Made by a program: the position numbers and the translations under genes
Shown: piece by piece, positions 33,960 through 48,140 of the stretch
Layout: every line of letters starts with the position of its first letter
Position numbering within the stretch: the first letter of the stretch is position 1
NCBI GenBank assembly: GCA_009914755.4
Contig: CP068257.2
Location: 37,664,001 to 37,728,000 of the forward strand
DNA length: 64,000 nucleotides
Direction: 5' to 3'
From: the human T2T-CHM13v2.0 reference genome, Homo sapiens
Notes under the pieces: generated by a model
Seen by the model: only the letters and a program-made list of their open reading frames with translations
Database searches by the model: none
What the model was told of the DNA's origin: nothing

Positions 33960-34008
33960 CCGACTCGATGAGAGGCACCGGGCGTCGGGCGGACGACGGC
34001 TCCGCCAT
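33960..34008 (-). CDS. BRWD1: BRWD1 exon 1, coding part (MAEPSSARRPVPLIES + 1 nt). ATG at 34008-34006 in a strong Kozak context (ggccATGG). Donor GTAAGA at 33959-33954. 5'UTR extends upstream (>34008) to an undetermined TSS.
   Basis: Reverse-complement translation matches the remembered BRWD1 (WDR9) N-terminus. Phase-1 end completes the GAG (E) codon with exon 2. Lies inside the CpG island. Confidence 0.78.
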
Positions 34009-34107
34009 GGCCGGGCGCGGGGCGGGAGGCGGGAGCGAGCGAGCGAGCGGAGCGTGTAGGCCGCGCCGAGGCCTGACCGGGCTGGCGTCCCCTCTTCTCA
34101 GGCGCGC

Positions 34108-34128
34108 GCCGCCGCCGCCGCCGCCGCC
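34108..34128. repeat. (GCC)7 trinucleotide repeat. Reads (GGC)7 in BRWD1 sense, about 100 nt 5' of the ATG.
   Basis: gccgccgccgccgccgccgcc, seen directly in the sequence. Confidence 0.95.
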
Positions 34129-34170
34129 ATACCGTGCGCGCCGCCTGGACCGACGCCTCCGCGGGGGAGG

Positions 34171-34210
34171 AAGTAGTCCCTCCGCAGGAGACGAAAAGTA
34201 GTCCCTCCGC
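34171..34210. repeat. Perfect 15-bp direct repeat aagtagtccctccgc x2. Copies at 34171-34185 and 34196-34210, spaced 25 bp start to start.
   Basis: Seen directly in the sequence. The first copy is embedded in an ggaagt ETS-like core. Confidence 0.9.
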
Positions 34211-35514
34211 GGGGGGCGGGGGTTTGCGCCAAGAGAGGACCGGAGCTCGTGTCCCGCCCGGGGAGGCGAACCTCGCTCAGCTCTCTGCCTCCGGGGACTC
34301 GATGAGGAGAAAGTGACGCGGAGGCAAAGACCTGGGCGCCGCAGCAGCGAGTGGGGGAGGGGAGGGCGCGTGGTCCGAATCCCTGCGCGCAATGAGGCGG
34401 CTGCCCGGGCTTTGTGAGGCGGCAGCGCGACGCCGGGTGGCCCAGCAGCGGGCGGGTGCCGGGGGCGGAAGCGCGGCCACAAGAGGGGGCGATTCACCGC
34501 CGCCCCCCGTGGGACCTGGGTCCTCTACGCGGGACCGCAGGGGCCCCGAGTCGCGGGTTGGGCAAGGTCGCCCGCTCCGGGTCGCTCGGAAGGGTCATTT
34601 CACGGACCGGTCGTCTGGGGCCAGTGCGTCTTGCCCCGCACGGAAGACCCCTCGCTTCGAGGACAGGAAAGCTTTTAAAGTGAGGATTGGCTCGCCGCGC
34701 CTCCCGCAGAGGGGAACGCCGCCCGGACCCGCGCTCCTGGGGCGGGGGCCTCGTATGCTGGCGTTGCCGGAGCGTCTGCGGCGCTGAAGGCTGCCGAGAC
34801 CCAGCCACATCCCCCACAAGCCAGCAGCCCGGCAGAAAATTACATAAAATGCAGCGCTTCGCCGAGGGGGTGCGAGTCGGGGGAGCAGCGCGCAGCTGCG
34901 GCTGACGGCTCGGCTGGATCCATCCAAGCATGGACAGGAAAACGGGACTGTGGGGAGAGGGTGGTGCAGACGGGCCGCAGACCCTCCTTAGGAAGAGAAG
35001 CCGGAAACTAGGGAGTCATGTGCAGTTAGAATCCTCTTGGAAGACTAGTAGGATGTGAGGTTGGAGAGGTGGACGACGACCAGAAAATTCCCTTGTCTTG
35101 CCAGGCTTCTGACCTAACTATGAGTTTCCTCCGCGCATCCAGCCTGCCCTGCTCTGGCCCCTAAAGTACAGCAGTAACACTCAGTGGTGTCCCTGCCTTC
35201 CTGGAATGCGCGTTAACAATTCTGATTCTTACTCATGGCAATAACCTACACACCACATAGACGTTAAATGTGGTTCGGGTCAGACTCTAGGGCAGGACTC
35301 ACTGCCTGCACCTTGTCTTGGCTCCACCAGCTTGACCTTGAGCAAGTCACAACCTGTGGGTCTCAGTGTTCCTTACTAGTAAACCGTAGGTAATTCCTCA
35401 CTAGTAAACAGATAATATTTGTGCCTGTCTCAAAGTTGTGAGGATTTAATGAATTTGTGTTCCTGGTATACAGTAAGCACCGTGTACAAGTTGGCTTTTA
35501 TTTACACCAAATAG

Positions 35515-35818
<304 letters not shown>

Positions 35819-35862
35819 AAAAGCTTTTATATATATTTATAAATGGACATAGATATCTGTGA

Positions 35863-36180
<318 letters not shown>

Positions 36181-37171
36181 CTAAATATGTTTGAGCTAGT
36201 GCAACAGTAAGTTAACTCCTTACATCTGTTAATTCAGCAAGCACTAACAAGTGATGGAGATTAAAAAAAAAAAAAGGAATGAGCCACAGCTTTGCCATCA
36301 AAGACTTCAGCGTCTCTTAGGGGAAACAGATGTAAGCAAATAATGACACGATTTAGGGCAGAGATATATCAGAAGATCAGCTTGCCTGTGCGTGGGGGAA
36401 ATGTTAGGGAAGTTTGGGTTATCCAGGCTACAATGTGTGGAAAGGGATTTCGCACATACAAACAACAGAGGGCCAAGACATGAATATGATTTCTAGTTTA
36501 AGGAACCAGAAGTTTAGTATGACTACTTGGGGTGACTTTGGAGAGGATGGGACCATGATGTCAGAAGTTGAAATTGGGAGCAATTGAAAGATTCTAAGCC
36601 AGGAAGGAATCATTTTCTATTTTAGGATGGATTTGAGAAAGTTAAGACCAAGAGGCACTTAACATACCCCTGAAATAGAAAAGAAATGATGCATGAGGGC
36701 GTTGGTCATAAGGATAGAGAAGAGACAAGATCAGAAGTATGTAGGACAGTAAATCTGCAAGATGAAGTTGGGGTGAAATAAAAACCACAAAAATCTCGTT
36801 TGGGGCTTTCCAAGGTTGTGCCAACAAATAAGGTAGGGCATACAGGCTGGTAGCTAGATTGTTAAGATGAGTAACTGCTTGCAACAACTTGATTATTTGA
36901 AGTTACAGTGCATAGATGACTGTGGGACAGTGATCTGATGCTGCAAGATTACCAGTGTTACCAAATGACAAAGACATCAAGAGGGGAGAATTTAAACTTT
37001 CAATGATTGACCAAGGAGTTGTGCATTTCATTTTGTAACAAGGGCGTAAGATTAAAAACCCCCTAAAGATATTACAAGAATTTATATCCCAAGCTCTGGT
37101 CATTGTCCAAAATTATCGTTCTGATACTGGCACCATGATAACCATTACAAGAGATCAGAAATGATGACACG

Positions 37172-37464
37172 AGCCCAGACACAGTGGCTCACACCTGTAA
37201 TCCCAGCGCTTTGGGAGGCCAAGGCCAGAGGACTGCTTGAGCCCAGGAGTTCGAGACCAGCCTGAGTAACATAGTAAGACCCCATCTCTACAAGAAATAA
37301 AAAATAGCCAGGGGTGGTAGGTGTGTACCTGTAGCCCCAGCTACTTAAGAGGCTGAGGCATGAGAATGGCTAGAGCCGGGGGGGGATTGACGCTGCAGTG
37401 ACCCATGATCACAGCACTGCTCTCCAGCCTAGGCAGCAGAGCAAGACCCTGTCTCAAAAAAAAG
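37172..37464 (+). mobile_element. AluJ-like
   Basis: gagcccagacacagtggctcacacctgtaatcccagcgc…ctgtctcaaaaaaaa. Confidence 0.88.
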
Positions 37465-37949
37465 ACACGATGACATGAGTTTTCCTTTACAAGAGCCTTG
37501 GGAGTCCTTTTACAACTTACTATCACATTCATGACAAATATTCTTTCTAAATTTTGAATAGGAACAAAGATTTCTAACAAGAGAGAGAATATCTTCCCGA
37601 TTCGACTCCCATATGTCAAGAGACTCAGATGTGACTCATATTTGCCTGCCAGGAGGAGGAAAAAGAAATACACTGTCCAGGAGCAACTCCTTAGTGGGTA
37701 CCCACCAGAAGTGGTCTCCAAACAAGGCAAGAATCTGTGTATTCCTCACACAATTCAATCCCAGCCATTCCATATGTACACACTGAGGTTTGCTTTTGGG
37801 TAAATGGAAATAACTTTAGAGTTTCACCACAAGAAAGCTACATGGTAAGCAAGTGTTGGAAAATCTTAACAGTGGGTGACATTAAGCTATAGGGTTGCAT
37901 TTTCAAGGGAACCAACATCTTATGCCGTGGCAAGCAACTCCTGACTGGA

Positions 37950-38284
37950 TAAACAGCTCTTAGATGTCATTGATAGGCTCAAGCTGAGGCGCAGAGGAAG
38001 TATGGCCCAAGGGCATATAGCTGGTAAGTGGTGGCTGGACTGCAATCCCAAGTAGACAGTATTATCTTAGACTGAAACACAAACACTGCAAAGTCCATTC
38101 TCCCTTGGCCACGTTTCACAAAAGAGGAAATGGGACCTGAAAATTAGGAGACTTACACAGGATTGCACAGCTAGCGCATCAGAGAGCTGACATTTGGAAG
38201 CCCACGTGATAAGTACGTGTGTAATCTCATTTACCGCAGGCAACTCTTAGATTCTGTTATTCCCATTTTAAGAATGAGGAAACT
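37950..38284 (-). mobile_element. MIR-family SINE fragment(s). The 3' portion is interrupted by the Alu at 38285.
   Basis: …catatagctggtaagtggtggctggactgcaatcccaagt… and …ttattcccattttaagaatgaggaaact… match the MIR core. Confidence 0.5.
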
Positions 38285-38569
38285 AGTCTGGGCGTAGTGG
38301 CTCTCGTCTGTGCTATCAGCACTTTGGAAGACCAAGGCAGGAGGACCGCATGAGCCCAGGAGTTCAAGGCTGGTCTTAAACATAGTGAGACCCTCTCTCT
38401 ACAAAAAATTAAAAACTTAGTCCATGCATGGTGTTGGGTGACTGTAGTTTGAGCTATTTGGGGAGACTGAGGCAGGAGATCACTTGAGCCCAGGAGTTTA
38501 AGGCTGTCACAAGCTATGGTGGTACCACTGTGCTCCAGCCTGGGCAACAGAGCGAGACCCTGTCTCAAA
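38285..38569 (+). mobile_element. AluJ-like inserted into a MIR. TSD aagaatgaggaa(c)ta at 38270-38284 and 38570-38584.
   Basis: agtctgggcgtagtggctctcgtctgtgctatcagcac…ctgtctcaaaaaa. The MIR continues after the TSD (gaggaactaaggctaataaagtttaagaatttgcc). Confidence 0.88.
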
Positions 38570-39151
38570 AAAGAATGAGGAACTAAGGCTAATAAAGTTT
38601 AAGAATTTGCCTAAAAATGGAAAGCTTTTTTTTTTAATCTGTCTGTGAATGAGAGGAAAATAAAATTCAGTAAGGCCTTCCAAATCACCACTTAGGAAGC
38701 CCAACAACGTTAAATATGAATGCATATCTAGAAAATGGTGACCAAAGAAGTCTGGTTCCAACAATTCACATAAGAGAGTGGTCAAAATGGAATGAATTAG
38801 TAGATTAGAGTCCATTTCAAAAGACTCTGAAAAATGAGATAAGGAAATCTGTGAGCAATGGAGAACATGCAAAACAACTCAGATACCTAATCCAAAGCCT
38901 AATATTAGTTTTAATGCAAATTTGTGTTAACTGAATTTAGGTTCATTCAGGAGGCTGTGCTGATGTTGATGTACACACAACATCAGCCTACCTCTGAAGG
39001 GCAGGAAGTAGATGACGTTGGACCTCCAGAACACTATACCACAAACTGGATCAGCACCTAGAGGTGAAATTAAATGCACACAAAAACCTGGATCACTTCA
39101 TTCATTCATTCAACAAAATATGTGTTAGAAGTCTTCCCTGGCTCCTGGGCT

Positions 39152-39398
39152 GTTTTTTGTTTTGTTTTTTTCCGCTTTAGAGACAGTATGTCATTCTGTC
39201 ACACAGGCAGGAGTGCAGTGGTACAGTCAGAGCTCACTGCAGCCTCGCAGTCCTACCGCTGAGTACTTGAGACTACAGGTGTGCACCACCATGCCTGGCT
39301 AATTTTTTACTGTTTTTTAGAGATGCGGGTCTTGCTCTGTTGCCCAGGCTGGTCTCAAACTCCTGGCCTCAAGTGATCCTCCCGCCTTGATCTTCCTG
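39152..39398 (-). mobile_element. Old, degenerate Alu
   Basis: ttttgttttgtttttttccgctttagagacagtatgtcattctgtcacacaggcaggagtgcagtgg…ctcctggcctcaagtgatcctcccgcc. Confidence 0.75.
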
Positions 39399-39457
39399 GA
39401 CTTCTGTTGGATAAATTCCCTAGGAAGAGGAGAGTTAACACTTCGATAGATTTTATT

Positions 39458-39568
39458 TATTTATTTATTTTTTAGAGACAGGGTCTCACTGCATTGCCTG
39501 GCCTTAAGTGACCCTCCTGTCTTGGCCTTCCAAAGTGCTGGGATTACAGGCGTGAGCCACCACACCTG
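39458..39568 (-). mobile_element. Free left Alu monomer (FLAM-like)
   Basis: tttatttatttattttttagagacagggtctcactgcattgcctggccttaagtgaccctcctgtcttggccttccaaagtgctgggattacaggcgtgagccaccacacctgg. Confidence 0.8.
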
Positions 39569-40855
39569 GACTTTGATCGATTTTTGGAGGACTTTCAAAG
39601 TAAAAATGAAGAAGGTATCTGATCTTTTGATAAGCCCTTAGTCACTAGTAGATATTATATTGCATTTAATTCCTGATGCCCTTCCTCCACCTACTAGTGG
39701 TGTCATCTTTCCCACAGGACCTTTTCTTCCTTTTAAGTCTAACCCAACCAGCTGTCCCCTTAATGCTACTTGTCCCTGCCTTCCTCAGCAAATTGTTTCC
39801 ACATTTATCTCTTCCCTCTCCAACTTCTGCCTCTCCCTTGCCATTGGCTTCTGTCCTATTTGTTCCCAGCTTGCAGGCGCTGGCCCATGTCTGTCTCCAA
39901 GTCTTACTCGTTCTTACTTTGAAACATTTCTCACAGCACTAGAGAAAACACAGTGTGGTTGGACAAGACCTTGGGAACATGGGAGCTGGGATCAGAATGT
40001 GTCTGTGTTTGGATGTCGGAGTTGGGCAACCTCTTGGCTCGGATATTTTTCTGTTCGTTTTGTTTAATAATCTTTAAAATAAGCATGACAACTAATAACA
40101 TTTATTGGATATGTTTGTATGCTGGACACTGTCCTAAATCATTTCCATGCATTATTTAAGGATCATGAGACAGCTAGAGGTGTTTGTGAGCATTTCCAGA
40201 GAGCATGCCTGTGAAGCTCGCTGAACAATGCCCAGCTCTCAACATGACCCTGTTATATAAGAATAATTCTTTTTCTCTCCATTCCCACTTAGTTCAGGCC
40301 CTCAATCATCAACAAGCATCCTCCTTAAAGTTCTCCCTGACTCTCCACCTAATTAATCCTGTCATTTTATTTTTTTCTTTTCATTTATTTATTTTTATTT
40401 TCTTTGCCACTTCTGTATCTTCTTTGGAGATAATCCTGTCACTACTTTTAAAAACCTTAAGTGCAACTTAACATATTGCTTCCCTGTTCACGTCTTTCTC
40501 ATTCGCTGTCACCTCAAACCCAAACTCCTTGGCTTGCTTTTAACACTGTGGAGGACATTCTACTCTCCTCCCTCCCTGCTCCACACCCAGGAAAGATGAC
40601 TGTGCAGTAAAGCCATGGCTCGCTTGCCCTTGAGTTTCCAATGGGATTCATCTGGTAAGAGGCCTCAGCCAGAGATGGAAGGGTGGGAGGAGAGTGAGGT
40701 TGGAGTTTCCATTTTCCCAGCTCCTTTCCTGCCAAGCCACAGGTTGATAGTAACTGCTATTTGTGTGCATATAGAGACCCTCTCTTTGCACATAGAGACC
40801 CTCTCTGGGCTTTAAGACCACTGCCTCCCCTGCCCCTTAAGGAGTTGGGCTTCCC

Positions 40856-41150
40856 TTTTTTTTCTTGTTGAAACAGTGTCTCAGTCTGTCATCCAGGGTG
40901 GAGTGCAGTAGTGCAATCACGTCTCACTGCAGCCTCGATCTTTCAGGCACAATTGATCCTCCCACCTCTGCCTCCCAGGTAACTGGGACTACAGGCACCC
41001 ACCACCACAACTGGCTAGTTTTTGCATTTTTTCTACAGACGGGGATTCACCATGTTGTCCAGGTTGGTCTCGAACTCCTGGGCTCAAGCAATCCTCTGGC
41101 TCAGCTTCCCAAAGTGCTAGGATTATAGGTGTGACTACCATACCCAAGCC
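40856..41150 (-). mobile_element. AluJ-like
   Basis: T9 cttgttgaaacagtgtctcagtctgtcatccagggtggagtgcagtag…gtgactaccatacccaagcc. Confidence 0.85.
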
Positions 41151-41175
41151 GTTAATCTCTTTTCAAAAACCTTAG

Positions 41176-41483
<308 letters not shown>

Positions 41484-41677
41484 AGAGTCATAACTTTTAT
41501 ATCATACATGCAACTCATCAGTAAACCATCCAATTAGCTTACCTTCAAAATGTATCCAGAATCTAAGCACTTCTCATCCGGAAGAGCACCACAACCTCTT
41601 ATGTCTTACTGCTTCTACCTTCATCCTATTTCTGTGTATTCTCAGGCAGCTGGAGGGATCCTGTTAAAACTTAAGAC

Positions 41678-42031
<354 letters not shown>

Positions 42032-42652
42032 TCAGACCCAGAGGAAAAGGCCAAGTCCACACGATCTGGCCTCTCTCTGGTTTGTCTTACCTCTCACCTG
42101 ACTGCTCCCCTTCTCATAGTGCTCCAGCCTCACTGTGGCGTGACCTGGCCCACGGCTGCCTCAGGGTATTTGTACTTGCTGTTTGTTCTGCAGGAATGCT
42201 CTTCTCCTGGAAAAACTGCATGGCTGAGTCCCTCCCCTCCTTCAAGTCTTGGCTCAAATGTCACATTTTCAGTGAGACCTTCCCTAACCACCCTAAGTAC
42301 AATTTAAACTTATCCTCACTCTGTGCCCATTTCTCTTTTACTCTTCCTGTGTTCTTTTCCTCCATAGCACTGTTGATCTTCTAACCTACTGTAACATGTC
42401 CCCGTCTATTTTGTTTATTGTCTATCTCTTGACATTCTATGAAGGCAGACAGAGATCTGTGTCTGTTTTGCTCTCTGACACATCTGCAGGGCTATGATGA
42501 GTCCTGACATACTTATGGTAGGTATGCAATAAATATTTGTTGGATGTTTAATGAAAAATTGCTCAACTAGACAGTCCCTCAAATATGAGATAGTTATGCT
42601 TTCAACATTTCCTCAAATCTTTCAGCCACTGTGGTGGTTAGATCTGAAGACA

Positions 42653-42946
<294 letters not shown>

Positions 42947-43744
42947 ATCAGAAGACAATCTGCAGAAACTCGTTGACCCATAACATACCTGGAGATACGG
43001 CCTCCTTGGCTCAAGGCTCCCCTCAAAGGCAGCAGGATAGTCAAAGTCTCTGGAGCGGAAGGGTGAGTGGAAGGAAACACTTTCAGGAGGAGCAATGGAG
43101 GCTGCTTTAGGAGAGGATCCCCATGCTACAGGAACGGGGCATCGTGTCCATATATTTCCCAGGTGCCCCGTGCCCTCCGTGGCCAGCCTGCTTCAACCCA
43201 CTGTCAGCAGCCTGTTTCACAGGCTCCATCTCCCTGAGCCCCCGCAGAACACAGCAGTCACCCCTGGCTTCCCCCAGCCTCTCTCTCAGACTGGCTCAGT
43301 ACCCTCTGGTTTCCTCAGGGTCTCGCTGATCCCAAAGATGAAGAGACAAAACCGGCCTTGCTTGCCCCCAAGGTGAGACTTCGGATCTGTGGTGAGGGAG
43401 GGAAAAATTCCAGCAGACCCAAGAGGAAGGCTACAGAAGAAAGGACAGAAGCGTGGAGAGAAATTCTAAGCAGGAGGCTGGGGAAGAAGGAAGAGCTTCA
43501 GGTCACTGGGTCACCCCACCAGGAGATAGTCCCCTTGTGGCCTTGAGACTTATGCAATGGGCAGATGCAATCTGGGTACCTAAGGCAAGGATTGCCCTTA
43601 TTCTGGCCATGACATTTAACACCTAATTGCAGTAATAACCCCTCTTTTCCACCTGGAGAAAGCTTCCTGGCCCCTCTTTTTCACTTGTGGGTAAGTCTGG
43701 CCAAGAGCAGGGTGAAGAAACCCATAGTCTAACACAAAACCACA

Positions 43745-43864
43745 TTTTTTATTTTTATTTTTTTAATTGTAGAGACAGGGTCTTACTGTGTTGCCTACAC
43801 TGGTCTCAAACGCCTGGCCTCAAGCAGTCCTCCCACTTCAGCCTCCCAAAGTGCTGTGATTACA
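43745..43864 (-). mobile_element. Free left Alu monomer. TSD acacaaaaccac at 43732-43743 and 43865-43876.
   Basis: tttttatttttatttttttaattgtagagacagggtcttactgtgttgcc…cctcccaaagtgctgtgattaca. 12-bp TSD. Confidence 0.85.
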
Positions 43865-43894
43865 ACACAAAACCACCTTATCATTAAAAAATTA

Positions 43895-44200
43895 GGGCAA
43901 GGAACAGTGGCTCACATCTGTAATCTCAACACTCTGGGAAGCCAGGGTGGGAGGATCACTTGAGTCCAGAAGTTCGAGACCAGCCTGGGAACACATACAA
44001 AAACCCCACCTCTACAAAAAATACAAAAATTAGCCAGGCATGGTGGTGCGTGCCTATAGTCCCACCCACTCAGGAGGCTGAGGTGGGGAAGACAGCTTGA
44101 GCCCAGGAGCTGGAGGTTGCAGTGAACCGAGCTTGTGCCGTTGCACTCCAGCCTGGGCGACTGAGAGAGACCCTGTCTCAAAAAATAAAAATTAAAAAGC
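43895..44200 (+). mobile_element. AluJ-like
   Basis: gggcaaggaacagtggctcacatctgtaatctcaacac…ctgtctcaaaaaataaaaattaaaaag. Confidence 0.88.
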
Positions 44201-44294
44201 TTTTAAAAAGTTAAAATATTGAAGCCACCAAAGGTTAATATATGAATATTGGTAATTAGATGAGATTAAGATGATTTTTGGCTTGAGAATCCAG

Positions 44295-45130
<836 letters not shown>

Positions 45131-45793
45131 TAAGTGGGAAAATATGAAAATACGTCTTTTAACAAAAACCTATATATGAATATTTATTTGTAAGGGTCTT
45201 AGTCATGAAATCATCAAAAATTGGAAGCAATCAAAATGTTCTTTAACTTGTGAATGGATAAATAAATTGTGGTACATCCACATAAGGCAATGCTGCTCTA
45301 TAATAGAATGAACCCATGATACACACAGCAACTTGGATGACTCTCAAAAGCAGCATGCTATGTCACAGAAGCCAGGCTCAGCAGGCTACACACATAATCA
45401 TTCCATATACGTGACATTTTTACAAAGGCGAAACTCTAGGGACAGAGAACGGACCAGTGCTGGCCAGGGGCTGGAGGTGGAAGGAGGGGCTGAGTACAAA
45501 GTAGTTTCAAATAATGTTTTGGGGTAATTGAAATATTCCATATCTTGACTGTGATGACATCGATGTGTTTGTCAAAACTCATCGACCTGTTTACTAAAAA
45601 GAGAGAATTTTATTGTATGTAAATTACACTTCGGTAAACCTGACTTTAAAATAGCAATGAGTTGGAAATTTCAGGAATCAAATAACCTAGAGATTTGTCA
45701 AAGGGCTTTTCTCCTGCCTCTCAGCTTTACCAAATGCTTTATTGCCTAGCATTATGCTATGAGGTTCATTTCAGTCCTGTGCTTGTGAGATTG

Positions 45794-46070
45794 TTTTTTT
45801 TTTTTTTTTTTTTTTTTTGAGACAGAGTTTCGCTGATCTCGGCTCACTACAACCTATACCTCCTGGGTTCAAGTGATTCTCCTGCCTCAGCCTCCCGAGT
45901 AGCTGGGATTGCAGGCGCCCACCACCACGCCCGGCTAATTTTTGTAATTTTAACAGAGATGGGGTTTCACCATGTTGGCCAGGCTGGTCTCAAACTCCTG
46001 ACCTCAGGTGATCCACCCATCTCGGCCTCCCAAAGTACTGGGATTATAGGCATAAGCCACCGCGCCTGGA
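45794..46070 (-). mobile_element. Alu with an internal deletion near the right-arm end
   Basis: T27 gagacagagtttcgctgatctcggctcactacaacc…gccaccgcgcctgg. Confidence 0.88.
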
Positions 46071-46117
46071 CCCCCTCATACTTTTTTAACTTTTAAAATT
46101 CATTCATATAAAAGCAT

Positions 46118-46220
46118 ATGTGTAATGTATTTTTAATTTTGTTTTTGTTTATTATTTTGTAATGTATTTTTTTACATGTATTATTTTGTAATGTATTTAG
46201 TATTTTGTAATGTATTTATT
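46118..46220. repeat. AT-rich tandem repeat, about 4 copies of ttttgtaatgtattt
   Basis: Copies at about 46126, 46155, 46185 and 46204. Confidence 0.85.
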
Positions 46221-46221
46221 T

Positions 46222-46524
<303 letters not shown>

Positions 46525-46572
46525 TAATATATGTAATGTAGATGTAAGGTATTACACTCAATATTAAAATAA

Positions 46573-46944
<372 letters not shown>

Positions 46945-47118
46945 CTGAAGCTGCCCTTTCTATAGCACTCCCCTGCTGGTCCCCAGAGGCATCCACTGGC
47001 CTGAACTTTATGTATATCAGAATCTCGCTTTGCTTTTTATGAGTAGTTTTACTAGATATGTAGGATTCCCTTATAACATTGTTTAGCTTCCTTGGTTTTG
47101 AGTTTGGTAAAAATGGAA

Positions 47119-47386
47119 TCAGCTAGGTGCAGTGGCTCAAGCCTGTATTTGCAGCGCATTGGGAGAGCAAGGCAGGAGGAGGACTGCTTGAGGTCAGGAT
47201 TTGGAGACCAACCTGGGCAACATAGCAAGAGCCCATCTACACAAAAAATTAAAAACAAAACAAAAAATGTATCCAGGCTGGTGACCTGCACCTGCAGTGC
47301 CAGCTACTCGGGAGGCTGAGACAGGAGGATCACTTGAGCCTGGGAGGTCGAGGCTGCGGTGAGCTATGATGGTGCCACTGTACTGG
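47119..47386 (+). mobile_element. AluJ-like, 3' end truncated
   Basis: agctaggtgcagtggctcaagcctgtatttgcagcgc…ggtgccactgtact. Confidence 0.85.
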
Positions 47387-47929
47387 GGATCATTCATATG
47401 TAGATTGTGTCAGCTTGAAAACAAAAGTTCATTCTTATGCTTCAAAGGAAGAGATTGTATTGAAGAAACTGCAAGTTGTGGCCAAAGTTAAGGAAACCAA
47501 CCAGGTGCAATTGAAGCTCCCAGGGATGAGCAGCTGTGGAAAGCCATGACCACCCTAGGCCTGATGGAGCCAGGGAGAACACCTGTGCCCTGAGAGCTGG
47601 GTCACTAGGTCACTGGCTGAGGAGGTCCACTGGGAGCCACAGCCGTGCAGCCACTGCCGGCACAGCTCTAGCAGGGGAGAGATACTCCAGGCTCTCTTTT
47701 GCCCTGCTGGTGTCTCCTGTTGGGAGAATCTGGCTGGAGCTCAGCTGCAGGAAGACCCTAGTGCAGCAGTCTGTTGGATTCAGACTGTTGGAACATAGCA
47801 CAGAGCAAAGGACGGAGTGTGATCAGGGAAGGGGTTGGAAGCATCTTTTCTCAAAATTTTCTCACTCAATACAGAATTGTTTCAAACGTTCATTCCTGTT
47901 GAGCATGGCTGTGATTCATTCATTTTTAA

Positions 47930-48020
47930 GTAGTTTAATATGCCACTGGGTACAAAGACCACAATGTATTAATCCATTCTCTTGTGGTTGGATGTCTGGG
48001 TTGTTTCTAGCTTTTTGGGT
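47930..48020 (+). mobile_element. Ancient L1 (L1M) 3'-region fragment
   Basis: …tgccactgggtacaaagaccacaatgtattaatccattctcttgtggttggatgtctgggttgtttctagctttttgg… resembles the L1M consensus …ccacattttgtttatccattcatctgttgatggacatttgggttgtttccactttttgg. Confidence 0.5.
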
Positions 48021-48140
48021 TTTTTTTGTTTTTTTTTTTTAGTTTTTACAATTATGAAAATGAATACTGTATGAAGGTTTCTGAGATAACGGAAAGAGGC
48101 CTTTGCCCACAACCAAGAGTGCCATCAAAGGTGGGAGAGA

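Larger units (their letters stand above)
34009..34260 (-). promoter_or_regulatory. BRWD1: BRWD1 5'UTR and core promoter region. TSS not determinable from sequence, and there is no TATA box.
   Basis: Immediately upstream of the ATG on the minus strand. Contains a (GAGC)4 run at 34030-34052, the GCC repeat and the 15-bp direct repeats. Confidence 0.5.
32930..34960. promoter_or_regulatory. BRWD1: CpG island, about 2 kb, covering BRWD1 exons 1-4, the 5'UTR and core promoter, and the divergent upstream side
   Basis: Abrupt shift to >70% GC with dense CpG. The flanks are CpG-depleted and AT-rich. Contains the BRWD1 start codon. Confidence 0.9.

Noticed and set aside
32889-34931. Many long overlapping ORFs on both strands (e.g. 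32947-33804 +, 285 aa; 33835-34497 -, 220 aa; 33354-33830 -, 158 aa)
   Set aside because: They are restricted to the CpG island and rich in Arg/Pro/Gly/Ala, as expected from >70% GC, which has few stop codons. Only the short segments listed as BRWD1 exons 1-4 match a real protein. The 220-aa ORF contains just the 16 codons of exon 1.
47536-48042. 168-aa plus-strand ORF
   Set aside because: No recognisable homology. The C-terminal third is L1M 3'-region sequence and a T-rich tail. The N-terminal part is low-complexity intergenic sequence with no splice or promoter context.
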